From positions 1 to 64,000 of the forward strand of contig CAVSDR010000005.1 of NCBI GenBank assembly GCA_963726745.1: DNA of 64,000 bases, written 5' to 3'. The position numbers and the translations under genes were made by a program. Position 1 is the first letter of the stretch. The number at the start of each line of letters is the position of its first letter. This document shows positions 32,292 through 40,930 of the stretch, in pieces. The notes beneath the pieces are model-generated. The model did no database searches. It saw only the letters and a list, made by a program, of their open reading frames with translations, and was not told where the DNA came from. The DNA comes from an uncultured Verrucomicrobiae bacterium. GTDB lineage: Bacteria > Verrucomicrobiota > Verrucomicrobiia > Chthoniobacterales > UBA10450.

Positions 32292-33362
32292 ATGATCTTC
32301 GCCTGGCTCCTCCTCCTGGTTCCGCTCTCGTTAGGCCTGCATTATTTCGCGCACCCCGGGCCGGTCTGGATCTTCGCCTGCGCCGTGCTCGCGATCGTGC
32401 CGCTGGCGGAATGGATTCGCCGCGCCACGGAAAATCTCGCGTCGCGCGTCGGCCCGGCGATCGGCGGATTGCTCAACGTTACCTTCGGCAACACGGCCGA
32501 GTTCATCCTCGCCCTTTTCGTTCTCGCCGCCGGCGAACAAGGCGTCGTCAAAGGCCAGATCACCGGTTCGATCATCGGCAACAGCCTCCTCGGCCTGGGC
32601 CTCGCGGTCCTCATCGGCAGCTACGGCCGCGAGCGGCAGACCTTTAAGCGCGAACGCGCCGGCCTGCTTTCCAGCCTGCTTATTCTGGCCACGCTCGCGC
32701 TGCTTTTGCCGGCCCTCTTTGATTACACCGAGCGCGGCCTCAATTCCCCCGACACCAGCCGCCTCGACGAGCAGCTTAGCCTCGGCGTCGCCGGCGTGCT
32801 CATCTTTGTTTACGTCGCGAATCTCATCTACACGCTCGTAACTCATCGCGACGTTTTCGAGTTCCAGCGGAGCGACGAGGAACAACACCGCACGCCCTGG
32901 CCGGTCTGGCAGTCGCTCGCGATTCTCGTGGTCGGCACCGCCTTCACCGCTTGGGAAGCGGAGCTCGTTTCCGGTGCGCTTGGTAAAACCGCCACGCAGC
33001 TCGGCATCTCGCAGTTTTTCCTCGGCGTCGTCGTCCTCGCGATCATCGGGAACGCGGCCGAGTATGTGGCCGCGATCTACTTCGCGCGGAAGGATCAGAT
33101 GGGCCTGGTCATGAGCATCACCGTCGGCTCGAGCATTCAGGTCGCCCTCCTGGTCGCGCCGCTGCTCGTCATCGTCTCCCATTTTATCGGCCAGCCGATG
33201 AACCTGGTTTTCGAGAATCCACTCGAGCTCATCGCCATCGCGGGCGTGAGCTTCACAGTCAACGCCATTGCCGCGGATGGCGAGACGACCTGGTTTGAGG
33301 GCGTGCTCCTGGTGGCGGCTTACGTGGTCCTCGCAATGGCCTTCTTCCTGGTGCAGCGCTAA
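32292..33362 (+). CDS. chaA: Ca2+/H+ antiporter (CaCA family)
   Basis: TFGNTAE, GSIIGNSLL, IGNAAE, GSSIQVAL, FEGVLL. Confidence 0.92.
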   Translation: MIFAWLLLLVPLSLGLHYFAHPGPVWIFACAVLAIVPLAEWIRRATENLASRVGPAIGGLLNVTFGNTAEFILALFVLAAGEQGVVKGQITGSIIGNSLLGLGLAVLIGSYGRERQTFKRERAGLLSSLLILATLALLLPALFDYTERGLNSPDTSRLDEQLSLGVAGVLIFVYVANLIYTLVTHRDVFEFQRSDEEQHRTPWPVWQSLAILVVGTAFTAWEAELVSGALGKTATQLGISQFFLGVVVLAIIGNAAEYVAAIYFARKDQMGLVMSITVGSSIQVALLVAPLLVIVSHFIGQPMNLVFENPLELIAIAGVSFTVNAIAADGETTWFEGVLLVAAYVVLAMAFFLVQR

Positions 33363-33400
33363 GCCGGCGCGCTCGCGTTTTTAGCCGACCCTTTGACGCG

Positions 33401-33589
33401 TTAGGCCGGCGGAATGTTGCACATTCCGGGCGCGATCGGCTGCCGCGCCTCGGCGTTGATCCCGGTGGAATCGCGCGCGTCGCGGTAGTATTTGCGCTCG
33501 GGATCGCGCCCCGGCTCGCGCCCCTTAAGCGCTTGTTCTTCGCCTTTCGGCGTCCCGGCGACGTGGTCTGGCACTGGTTGACTGCTCAT
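33401..33589 (-). CDS. small conserved hypothetical protein downstream of the NifU-like gene
   Basis: MSSQPVPDHVAGTPKGEE...ARDSTGIN...PIAPGMCNIPPA; ATGA coupling to the upstream gene. Confidence 0.65.
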   Translation of the reverse strand: MSSQPVPDHVAGTPKGEEQALKGREPGRDPERKYYRDARDSTGINAEARQPIAPGMCNIPPA

Positions 33590-34209
33590 GGTTTTGCTCC
33601 TGTGGCTGCGTTCGGCCCGGCGCCGTTCGGCGGTGTCGGGCACTCGGTAAATTTCGGATTGGGCGGCGGCGGCGCATGCTCCTCGACCAGGCCGTGGACC
33701 TCGAGCGCGGTGATGTCGGGCGCGGCGCTGTAGAGCGCTTCCTCGATGGAGTACTTCAAGGTCATGCGCGAAGACGGGCAGCCCTCGCAATTCCCTTCCA
33801 GCTGCAGGCGCACCGCGCCCTCCGGCGTCACGCCGAGAAGCTGCACGCTCCCGCCATGCTGCCCGAGCCGCGGCTTCACCTCCTCGAGCGCGCGCCGCAC
33901 CCGCGTCTCGAGATCGAGCGGATGGAGCTGGTGCAGCAGAAGCAGATTCGAAACGAGCGGATCGTCGCCTAATTGATCGATCACCGCCTGTCCCTCCGGC
34001 CCACTCTCGAAGACCACCTCGAGCACGCGATGGAGTCCTTCGCCGTGCAATTCCAGCAGCGCCTGGACCAGTTGCCGCGTTTGCTCGCGCGCCTTTTCAT
34101 CGCGCATTTGCTCGATCGCCCCGATGAGCTTTTCGATCGCGGCAATGCGCTCGTTAAACTCGCGCGAAACGCGCTGGGCGGGGACGTGCGGCTGGTTCAA
34201 TTGCACCAT
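33586..34209 (-). CDS. NifU/Nfu-like Fe-S protein of hhy clusters (HhyE-like)
   Basis: LLLLHQLHP, HGGSVQL, GNCEGCPSS. Confidence 0.88.
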   Translation of the reverse strand: MVQLNQPHVPAQRVSREFNERIAAIEKLIGAIEQMRDEKAREQTRQLVQALLELHGEGLHRVLEVVFESGPEGQAVIDQLGDDPLVSNLLLLHQLHPLDLETRVRRALEEVKPRLGQHGGSVQLLGVTPEGAVRLQLEGNCEGCPSSRMTLKYSIEEALYSAAPDITALEVHGLVEEHAPPPPNPKFTECPTPPNGAGPNAATGAKP

Positions 34210-34370
34210 AAGCTGGAAAAATCCTGCCCGGCCCGCTGGCCGGATGCCTGCCTGCCTGCAGTCTTACGGGAAAGCGGCCGGCGGCACAAGGTCAACCGCA
34301 CTCGTTAGACTGGGCGCCGGCTTGACCCACCTGCACCGGTCGATAGGCTGCACGCGGAAAGGAGCACCGA

Positions 34371-34616
34371 GTGAAACCCGACGTCACGATCGAATACTGC
34401 ACGGCTTGAAACTACCAGCCGCGCGCCGCCAGTTTGGCGGCCAGGATTCGCGAAACCGCCGGGATCGAGCAAATCGAGCTCATTCCCTCGAGCGGTGGTG
34501 CCTTCGAAATTCGCCATCACGGTGAACTCCTCCACTCCAAGCTCCAATCGGGCGACTGGCCCGATTTCGACGCGCTCGCGGAGCAGATCCGACAGCGCCA
34601 GCAGGAAAAAATTTAG
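34371..34616 (+). CDS. SelT/SelW/SelH (Rdx) family selenoprotein, in-frame UGA at 34407-34409
   Basis: GTG start after GGAG; (M)KPDVTIEYCTA-U-NYQPRAASL...GGAFEI...LHSK gives a CxxU motif; hairpin 34425-34441 follows the UGA. Confidence 0.88.
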
Positions 34617-34683
34617 CAGTCAGGAAACCAGAATCGGGAAGGGTCCATCTCCTTCTCCTTTCTGGTTTCCTGGCTTCCAAATT
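34610..34683. repeat. 24-bp imperfect inverted repeat (REP/MITE-like or terminator hairpin)
   Basis: AATTTAGCAGTCAGGAAACCAGAA (34610-34633) vs TTCTGGTTTCCTGGCTTCCAAATT (34660-34683); 21/24 complementary, 13-bp perfect core. Confidence 0.7.
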
Positions 34684-34715
34684 CCCTCCCTTCCTGCTTC
34701 CCAATTCTTTGTCCC

Positions 34716-34809
34716 GGAGAGTGAAGGGTGCCTGGTGGCCCTCGCGGTCTTCAAAACCGTTGTCGGTCCGTTCTGCGGGCCGGGGTAGGTTCGATTCCTA
34801 TCCTCTCCG
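34716..34809 (+). tRNA. selC: tRNA-Sec(TCA)
   Basis: GGAGAGTG...TCCTCTCC long acceptor stem, anticodon loop CTTCAAA, long variable arm, GTTCGATTC; adjacent to selD/A/B. Confidence 0.95.
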
Positions 34810-34830
34810 CCGCTTTCGCCTAACGAACGG

Positions 34831-34841
34831 AAAGGAGGTGA
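34831..34841 (+). promoter_or_regulatory. Shine-Dalgarno site of selD
   Basis: AAAGGAGGTGA 6 nt before the ATG at 34848. Confidence 0.75.
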
Positions 34842-34847
34842 TCCCGC

Positions 34848-35885
34848 ATGTCCCGTGAGCAAATTCGCACCCTGACCTCGCTCTCCACCTGTGCCGGGTG
34901 AGCTTCCAAGTTGAGCCAGCAGGCCCTGTCGCAAGTTTTGCGGCAGCTACCGAAAACCAGCGACCCGAACGTCCTCGTCGGCTCCGCCAGCGCGGACGAT
35001 GCCGGGGTTTATCGCCTCAGCCGCGACCGCGCCCTTGTGCAGACGGTGGACTTCTTCACGCCCATCGTGGACGACCCGTTTGCCTACGGCCAGATCGCGG
35101 CCGCGAATGCGCTTAGCGACGTCTACGCGATGGGCGGACGGCCAATCACCGCGCTTAATATCATGGCTCTCCCGGAGGAACTCGTCGGCCCGGAGACGAT
35201 CGCGCAAATCCTCCGCGGCGGCGCGGCCAAGGCAAAGGAAGCCGGCTGCGCCGTTCTCGGCGGCCACACCATTCGCAATCCCGAACCGGTCTACGGGATG
35301 GCGGTCACCGGACTCGTCCATCCACGGCGGATGCTGACCAACGCCCAGGCGCGTCCCGGCGATCTCCTCCTGCTGACGAAACCGCTCGGCACCGGCATTG
35401 CCACCACCGGGATCAAGCGCGGCCTCACCAGTCCCGCGCTTGCGAAAAAAGCCATCGCGCTCATGAGCCGGCTGAATGTCGTCGGCGCAGAGCTGGCTGA
35501 GCGCCGGCTCGTTCGGGCAGCGGTCGACGTCACCGGCTTCGGCCTCCTCGGGCACCTCGCCTCCATGTGCCGCGCGAGCGGCGCGGGCGCGGAAATCGAG
35601 GCCGCCAAAGTGCCGGCTATTTCTCCGGAAATTCTCGCGCTGATCGCGCAAGGCTGCGTCCCCGGCGGCAGCCGGGAGAACCTCGAAACAGCCGACGCTC
35701 TCACCGATTGGGGCGCGACGCCGAATGACCTTCGCCTCCTCCTTACCGACGCCCAAACCAGCGGCGGCCTCCTCCTTTGCGTCCCGCCAAAAAACCTCGC
35801 CGCGGTGAAAGCGCTGGCAAAAACCGGTCGCGTCATTGGCCGGATCACCCGCGCGCAAGAGCCGCTGCTCCGCGTCCGCCCATGA
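34848..35885 (+). CDS. selD: selenophosphate synthetase, selenoprotein form (UGA at 34899-34901)
   Basis: MSREQIRTLTSLSTCAG-U-ASKL, DDAGVY, TVDFFTP, ANALSDVYAMGG, DVTGFGLLGH, DAQTSGGLL. Confidence 0.95.
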
Positions 35886-37213
35886 GCCGCGCCATCCCTG
35901 CCGTGGGCAAATTGCTCGAGGCGCTCCAGGTCGCCGACCTCCCGCGTCCCGTAGTCACGCAACTCGTTAGGCAACATCTTGCGGAATTGCGCCGCGACGG
36001 CCGCGAGATCCCGCCCTTCGAAGAAATCCAGCACGACCTCGAGACTGCGCTGGCCGACCTCCGCCTCGCCCGCCTTCAGCCGGTGATCAATGGCACCGGC
36101 ATTGTCATCCACACGAATCTCGGCCGCGCGCCGCTCCACCCGGACGCGCTCGCCGCGGTGCAGGCCGCCGGCGCTTACCCGAGCAATCTCGAGTTCGATC
36201 TCGTGCGCGGCGAGCGCGGCCGGCGGGGCGAACGGCTCGAGCAAAATCTTGCGCTCCTTTGCCGCGCCGAGGCCGCCACGGTAACGAACAATTGCGCCGC
36301 GGCGCTCATCCTCATCCTGCGCCACTTGACCGCGAAAAAACGCGAAGTCGTCATCTCGCGCGGCGAGTTGGTTCAGATCGGCGGCGGTTTTCGCATTCCG
36401 GAAATCCTCGAGGTCAGCGGCGCGAGGTTGCGCGAAGTCGGCACGACCAACCGGACCACGCTGGCGGATTACGCTGCCGCGCTCGGGCCGGAGACGGGGC
36501 TGATCCTGCGCGTGCACCGGAGCAATTTTTTCATGGGCGGTTTCGTGGAAGCGCCGACGCTCGAGGAGCTGGCGCAGCTCGCGCGGCGGAAACGCCTCCC
36601 GCTGGTCGAGGATCTCGGCAGCGGCGCGGTCTTCGCCACGGAGAAGCTGGCCGCGATCGAGCACGAGCCCACGCCCGCGGAGAGCCTGCGCCGCGGCGTC
36701 GACCTGGTCTGCTTCAGCGGCGACAAGCTTTTCGGCGGGCCGCAGGCCGGAATGATTGCCGGGAAAATGCGCCACGTCGCGGCCTTGAAACGAAACCCGT
36801 TCTTCCGCGCGCTCCGCTGCGACAAGCTCATCCTCGCGGCGCTCGGCGCGACGATTGAACTCCATCTCGAAGAGCGAAGCGCGGAGCTGCCGGCCCTGGC
36901 GATGATGCAGCTCTCGTTAGGCGAACTCCGGGCGCGCGCGGAGAAATTAGCCGGCAACCTCACGGGCCTGCGCGCGCGCGTCGGGACCGGCGATGCGCAG
37001 GTCGGCGGCGGGACCTTGCCACAGGCGCGCATCCCTTCGGTCACGCTCGAATTGGCGCCGGAAAACGTCGTCGAATTTGCCGCCCGGCTCCGGCGCGGCG
37101 CGCCCCCCGTGATCGGCTACGTCTCCGGCGGAAAGTGGAAACTCGACCTGCGCACGGTCTTCCCCGCGCAGGATGCGGCCCTCCTGGCCACGCTTCAGCA
37201 GGCCGCGCGATGA
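35882..37213 (+). CDS. selA: L-seryl-tRNA(Sec) selenium transferase
   Basis: VINGTGIVIHTNLGRA, NNCAAA, EVGTTNRT, FSGDKLFGGPQAG. Confidence 0.96.
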   Translation: MSRAIPAVGKLLEALQVADLPRPVVTQLVRQHLAELRRDGREIPPFEEIQHDLETALADLRLARLQPVINGTGIVIHTNLGRAPLHPDALAAVQAAGAYPSNLEFDLVRGERGRRGERLEQNLALLCRAEAATVTNNCAAALILILRHLTAKKREVVISRGELVQIGGGFRIPEILEVSGARLREVGTTNRTTLADYAAALGPETGLILRVHRSNFFMGGFVEAPTLEELAQLARRKRLPLVEDLGSGAVFATEKLAAIEHEPTPAESLRRGVDLVCFSGDKLFGGPQAGMIAGKMRHVAALKRNPFFRALRCDKLILAALGATIELHLEERSAELPALAMMQLSLGELRARAEKLAGNLTGLRARVGTGDAQVGGGTLPQARIPSVTLELAPENVVEFAARLRRGAPPVIGYVSGGKWKLDLRTVFPAQDAALLATLQQAAR

Positions 37214-39051
37214 GCGCTTACATCCTCGCAACTGCCGGCCATGTGGACCATGGAAAGACTGCGCTGGTGAAGGCGCTCACCGGCACGGAGACCGACCGGC
37301 TACCTGAGGAGAAAGCGCGCGGGATCACGATCGAGCTCGGGTTTGCCCGGCTCGAGCTGGGCGAGCACTCGTTAGGCATCGTCGACGTCCCGGGGCACGA
37401 AGATTTTGTGAAGAACATGGTCGCGGGCGTGGGCTCGATCGACCTCGCGCTCCTGGTGGTCGCGGCGGACGACGGCTGGATGCCGCAAACCGAGGAGCAC
37501 CTGCAAATCCTCGAGTATCTCGGAGTGCGGCGACTGGTCGTGGCGCTGACGAAGAGCGATCTCGCCGCTTCGCCCGGCGAGGCGATCGGCAAGGTGCGCG
37601 CGCAACTCGCCGGGACGGAATTTGCCAGCGCGCCGATTGTCCCGACTTCGATCGTGGAGAACCGCGGGCTCGAGGAGTTGCGGGAAATTTTAGCCGGCGA
37701 ATTGATCACGCTGCCGCCTTCGGCCGACGTGGGGAAGCCGCGCCTCGCGGTCGATCGCGCGTTCACTTTGCGCGGGCTCGGCACGGTCGTTACCGGCACG
37801 CTCACCGGCGGTTCGCTCACGCGCGGACAGGGCGTCGTGGTCCAGCCGGCTGGCTCAGCCGCGCGCATTCGCGCCATCCAGACGCATAACCGCGAAGTGG
37901 AAACGATCGGCCCGGGCACGCGCACCGCACTTAGTTTGCCGGAGCTTTCGGTGAACCGGGAACGCGGCGGCGTCTGGCGCGGCGATGTGATCGCGCTGCC
38001 TGATTCTGGTGCAGCGAGCCAGGCGATCGATCTGCTGGTGATGCGCTCCGCGCGCCTGCCGACGAAGACGCGCGCGCTCGCGCATGGCGCGACCGTGCGG
38101 GTGCATCACGGCAGCGGAAACGCCGAGGCTCGGCTCTTCTTTCTCGATGCGGCCGAGCTCATGCCTGGAGAGCGCGCGCTCGCGGAGCTGCGTTTCGCCG
38201 CGCCGATCTTTCTGCTCGCGGGCGACCGCCTGGTCCTGCGCGATGCCTCGGAGCGGAGCACACTCGCCGGCGGTCTCGTGCTGGAGGCGGACGCGCGCGC
38301 GCATCGGTTCCGCACGCCGGAGCAGCGGCGGTTTCTTGAGGCCCGCGCGGCGGCGCCAAGGGACGCCGGCGTTTTCGCGCGAACGCTTTTGCAGCGCGAT
38401 CATTTTGTCCGGCGCGGCGAACTCCTGCGGCAGACGCGGTTCGTCGAAACGCCGATTGCCGAGGCGGTGGAGCGCGGCGGATGGCTGCTCGAGCCGACGT
38501 GGTGGCGGGAGAATTGCGCGCGCGCCGCGGCCGCGATCGATGCCTTCCATCGCGCGCAACCGGAGCGGAGCGGCTGGCCGCTGGCGCAACTGCGCGAGGG
38601 AATCGCGCTGCCAGACCTGGTGATCGCGGAACTCTGCGCGCACGGTTTTGTCGCCAAAGGCGAAACGATCGCACGCACGACGCATCGGCCGAGTTTGCCG
38701 CCGGCTTTGCAGGCGGCCGGCGCGCGCATCCGGGCGGCGCTGGCGGCGAAGCCATTCGATCCGCCCTCGGTCAAGGAACTGGCGCCGGACGCGGTCGCGC
38801 AGCAGGCGTTGCGCTTCCTGCGCGAAAGCGGCGAGGTCGTGGAGCTGAGCGCGGAGGTGGTGGTACGCGCCGAGGCGCTGGCGGAGGCGCGGAAATTAGT
38901 CAGCAACTTCATCCGCACGCGCGGGCCGGCGACCTTGAGTGAATTGCGCCAGGCGCTCGGGAGTTCGCGCCGGGTGATGGTGCCGCTGATGGAGCGGCTC
39001 GATCGCGAGAAGTTCACCAAACGTGTCGGCGACCAGCGGACGCTGGCCTAA
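37210..39051 (+). CDS. selB: selenocysteine-specific elongation factor
   Basis: TAGHVDHGKT, DRLPEEKARGITI, DVPGHE, C-terminal winged-helix LGSSRR. Confidence 0.96.
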   Translation: MSAYILATAGHVDHGKTALVKALTGTETDRLPEEKARGITIELGFARLELGEHSLGIVDVPGHEDFVKNMVAGVGSIDLALLVVAADDGWMPQTEEHLQILEYLGVRRLVVALTKSDLAASPGEAIGKVRAQLAGTEFASAPIVPTSIVENRGLEELREILAGELITLPPSADVGKPRLAVDRAFTLRGLGTVVTGTLTGGSLTRGQGVVVQPAGSAARIRAIQTHNREVETIGPGTRTALSLPELSVNRERGGVWRGDVIALPDSGAASQAIDLLVMRSARLPTKTRALAHGATVRVHHGSGNAEARLFFLDAAELMPGERALAELRFAAPIFLLAGDRLVLRDASERSTLAGGLVLEADARAHRFRTPEQRRFLEARAAAPRDAGVFARTLLQRDHFVRRGELLRQTRFVETPIAEAVERGGWLLEPTWWRENCARAAAAIDAFHRAQPERSGWPLAQLREGIALPDLVIAELCAHGFVAKGETIARTTHRPSLPPALQAAGARIRAALAAKPFDPPSVKELAPDAVAQQALRFLRESGEVVELSAEVVVRAEALAEARKLVSNFIRTRGPATLSELRQALGSSRRVMVPLMERLDREKFTKRVGDQRTLA

Positions 39052-40034
39052 CGACGCTCCGCGGCGAAAACGGATTCGGGATCGCGACCGGAAGCGCGGC
39101 CGGCTTCAATCCAGCCGAAGCGACTGAGGCAGGCGCCGCAGAGAAAAGAGATGCCGGCCAGCGGCGCCAGCCCGATGAGCCGCAGGACGAGGGAAAGTGG
39201 CCCGGTGAGCAGCTCGCTCCCGCGCAACATCCAGCCGGATTTGCCCTCATGCAGCGCGCGATCGGCTTTGCCGTGCCGGTCCACTTCCAGCCAAATCCAG
39301 AGCGCGGTCTCGATCGCCGCGACCGCCAGGCCGATGGCGTGAAGCGCCGGGATGCGATAGCCGACCAGTTCGATCACGGCGGCGGCGGAGCCAAGGCCGG
39401 CGATGCCGAAGTGAATCGGCAGGAGGACGCGATGAAGATACCACGCGGGAATCGCGGTCGCGCCGATGAGCACCCCGGTATAGGTCGCGAGCCCAAGACC
39501 GTAGAAAGCCGCGCCCGCGATCATCAGGATGGTGAAGATGCGAATGAGCGACCCGAGCCCGCCGCCGAAAACATGATGCAAGTGCAGCTCGAGCGCGATC
39601 AAACCCAGGACCGCGTGCGGGCTGAAGAAGGTCAGGATCCACGCGCCGACGGACATGGGCGAGCGCCACTTAAAGACGCGGAGCATGTTCAAAAACATGA
39701 GCGGCCGGCCGAGGTCGAGCACGAGGAGGACAGGCGAAACCATGGCCCCGACCAAGGCGATCCACATCGCGGCCACGGCCACACCAGATTGCTGCCTAAC
39801 GAGAGCAAAGGCGGCGATCGTAGGCGCCATCCCGGCAGCGCCGCCGATGAAAAAGTAGAGCGGAATCTCCCAGGTCCAGACCGGCGGGCGGACGACGGCT
39901 TCGCCGTAGTAGCCGGCCTTCGGCGGGATCGGTCCGCCGGCCACGTCGACGCCGCGGCCGGTGATTTCGCCGCGCTCGACCGCGGTCTCGCGGAGCTGCT
40001 CGAGGCGTTGCTCGAAATCGTCTTCGCGGCTCAT
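39048..40034 (-). CDS. NrfD/PsrC-family membrane anchor of formate dehydrogenase
   Basis: WTWEIPLYFF, DLGRP, SPMSVGAWIL, YTGVLI. Confidence 0.9.
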   Translation of the reverse strand: MSREDDFEQRLEQLRETAVERGEITGRGVDVAGGPIPPKAGYYGEAVVRPPVWTWEIPLYFFIGGAAGMAPTIAAFALVRQQSGVAVAAMWIALVGAMVSPVLLVLDLGRPLMFLNMLRVFKWRSPMSVGAWILTFFSPHAVLGLIALELHLHHVFGGGLGSLIRIFTILMIAGAAFYGLGLATYTGVLIGATAIPAWYLHRVLLPIHFGIAGLGSAAAVIELVGYRIPALHAIGLAVAAIETALWIWLEVDRHGKADRALHEGKSGWMLRGSELLTGPLSLVLRLIGLAPLAGISFLCGACLSRFGWIEAGRASGRDPESVFAAERR

Positions 40035-40930
40035 GGAAAGAATGCGAAGGCCGCGCCGACAAGGCCGATGACTGCGGCCGCGGTGGCGAACGCGGCGGTC
40101 CAGGAAGAACGCAGGTAGATCGTTGGCACCTCGGGCTTCGGCGGCAGCCCGTAGGTTTCCGGCCCGCCAAGAATGAGGAAAAACGCGTGGAGGCCGCGCA
40201 CGGAAGTTTCGCGCGGATCGTAGAGCTGCGCGTCGGCGTAGCCTTGCGTCTGCAATTGCTCGACGCGTTTCGCGCCGCGCGCGCGCAGGTCATCGAGCCG
40301 GCCGAAGACGATCGACTCCGTCGGGCAAACCTTCGCGCAAGCCGGGGTGAGGCCGCTCTTCTGCCGGTCGTAACAGAAGGTGCACTTGAAGGCGCCGCCG
40401 GCTTTCGGGAGCGGCTCGGGCCGCTTGTCGATCACGCCGAACGGGCAATTGACCACGCAATAGCCGCAGCCGTTGCAGACGTCGTCCTGCACCAGGACGG
40501 AGCCGACTTCAGTGCGCACGATCGAGCCGGTCGGGCAGGATTCGAGGCAGCCGGCTTCCTCGCAATGCTTGCAAACATCGGACAAAAAGAGCCAGCGAAA
40601 CGGGTCGTCCTCGGCCGGTTGATGAACCAGGCCGGCGACGGGATCAGGCGCGAGTCCCATCGAGCCGGTAACCTGGTTTCCTTTCCGAAGATCCTGCTCG
40701 ACGAAGAGCACATGCCGCCAGGTGGAAGCGCCGAGGTGCCCGGTGTTATCGTAGGAGTTGCCGGTCCAGTTGTAGCCGTCGTCCGGGACTTCGTTCCACT
40801 CTTTGCAGGCGACCTCGCAGGCTTTGCAACCGATGCAGACGCTCGGGTCGGTGAAAAAGCCGACCTCGACATGGTCCTGCACATAACTGTGCCGGCGCTG
40901 GTTAGTGCTGAGGATGCCTTCGCCAATCAT
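40031..40930 (-). CDS. fdnH: formate dehydrogenase Fe-S (beta) subunit
   Basis: CIGCKACEVACKEWN, CKHC...CLESCP, CNGCGYCVVNCP, KCTFC; C-terminal TM. Confidence 0.9.
   Translation of the reverse strand: MIGEGILSTNQRRHSYVQDHVEVGFFTDPSVCIGCKACEVACKEWNEVPDDGYNWTGNSYDNTGHLGASTWRHVLFVEQDLRKGNQVTGSMGLAPDPVAGLVHQPAEDDPFRWLFLSDVCKHCEEAGCLESCPTGSIVRTEVGSVLVQDDVCNGCGYCVVNCPFGVIDKRPEPLPKAGGAFKCTFCYDRQKSGLTPACAKVCPTESIVFGRLDDLRARGAKRVEQLQTQGYADAQLYDPRETSVRGLHAFFLILGGPETYGLPPKPEVPTIYLRSSWTAAFATAAAVIGLVGAAFAFFP

Noticed and set aside
30953..32647. Long antisense/alternative-frame ORFs (e.g. 30953-32647, 12261-13742, 19353-20798, 35291-36865)
   Set aside because: Shadow ORFs of real genes, expected at high GC; Arg/Ala-rich with no recognisable motifs.
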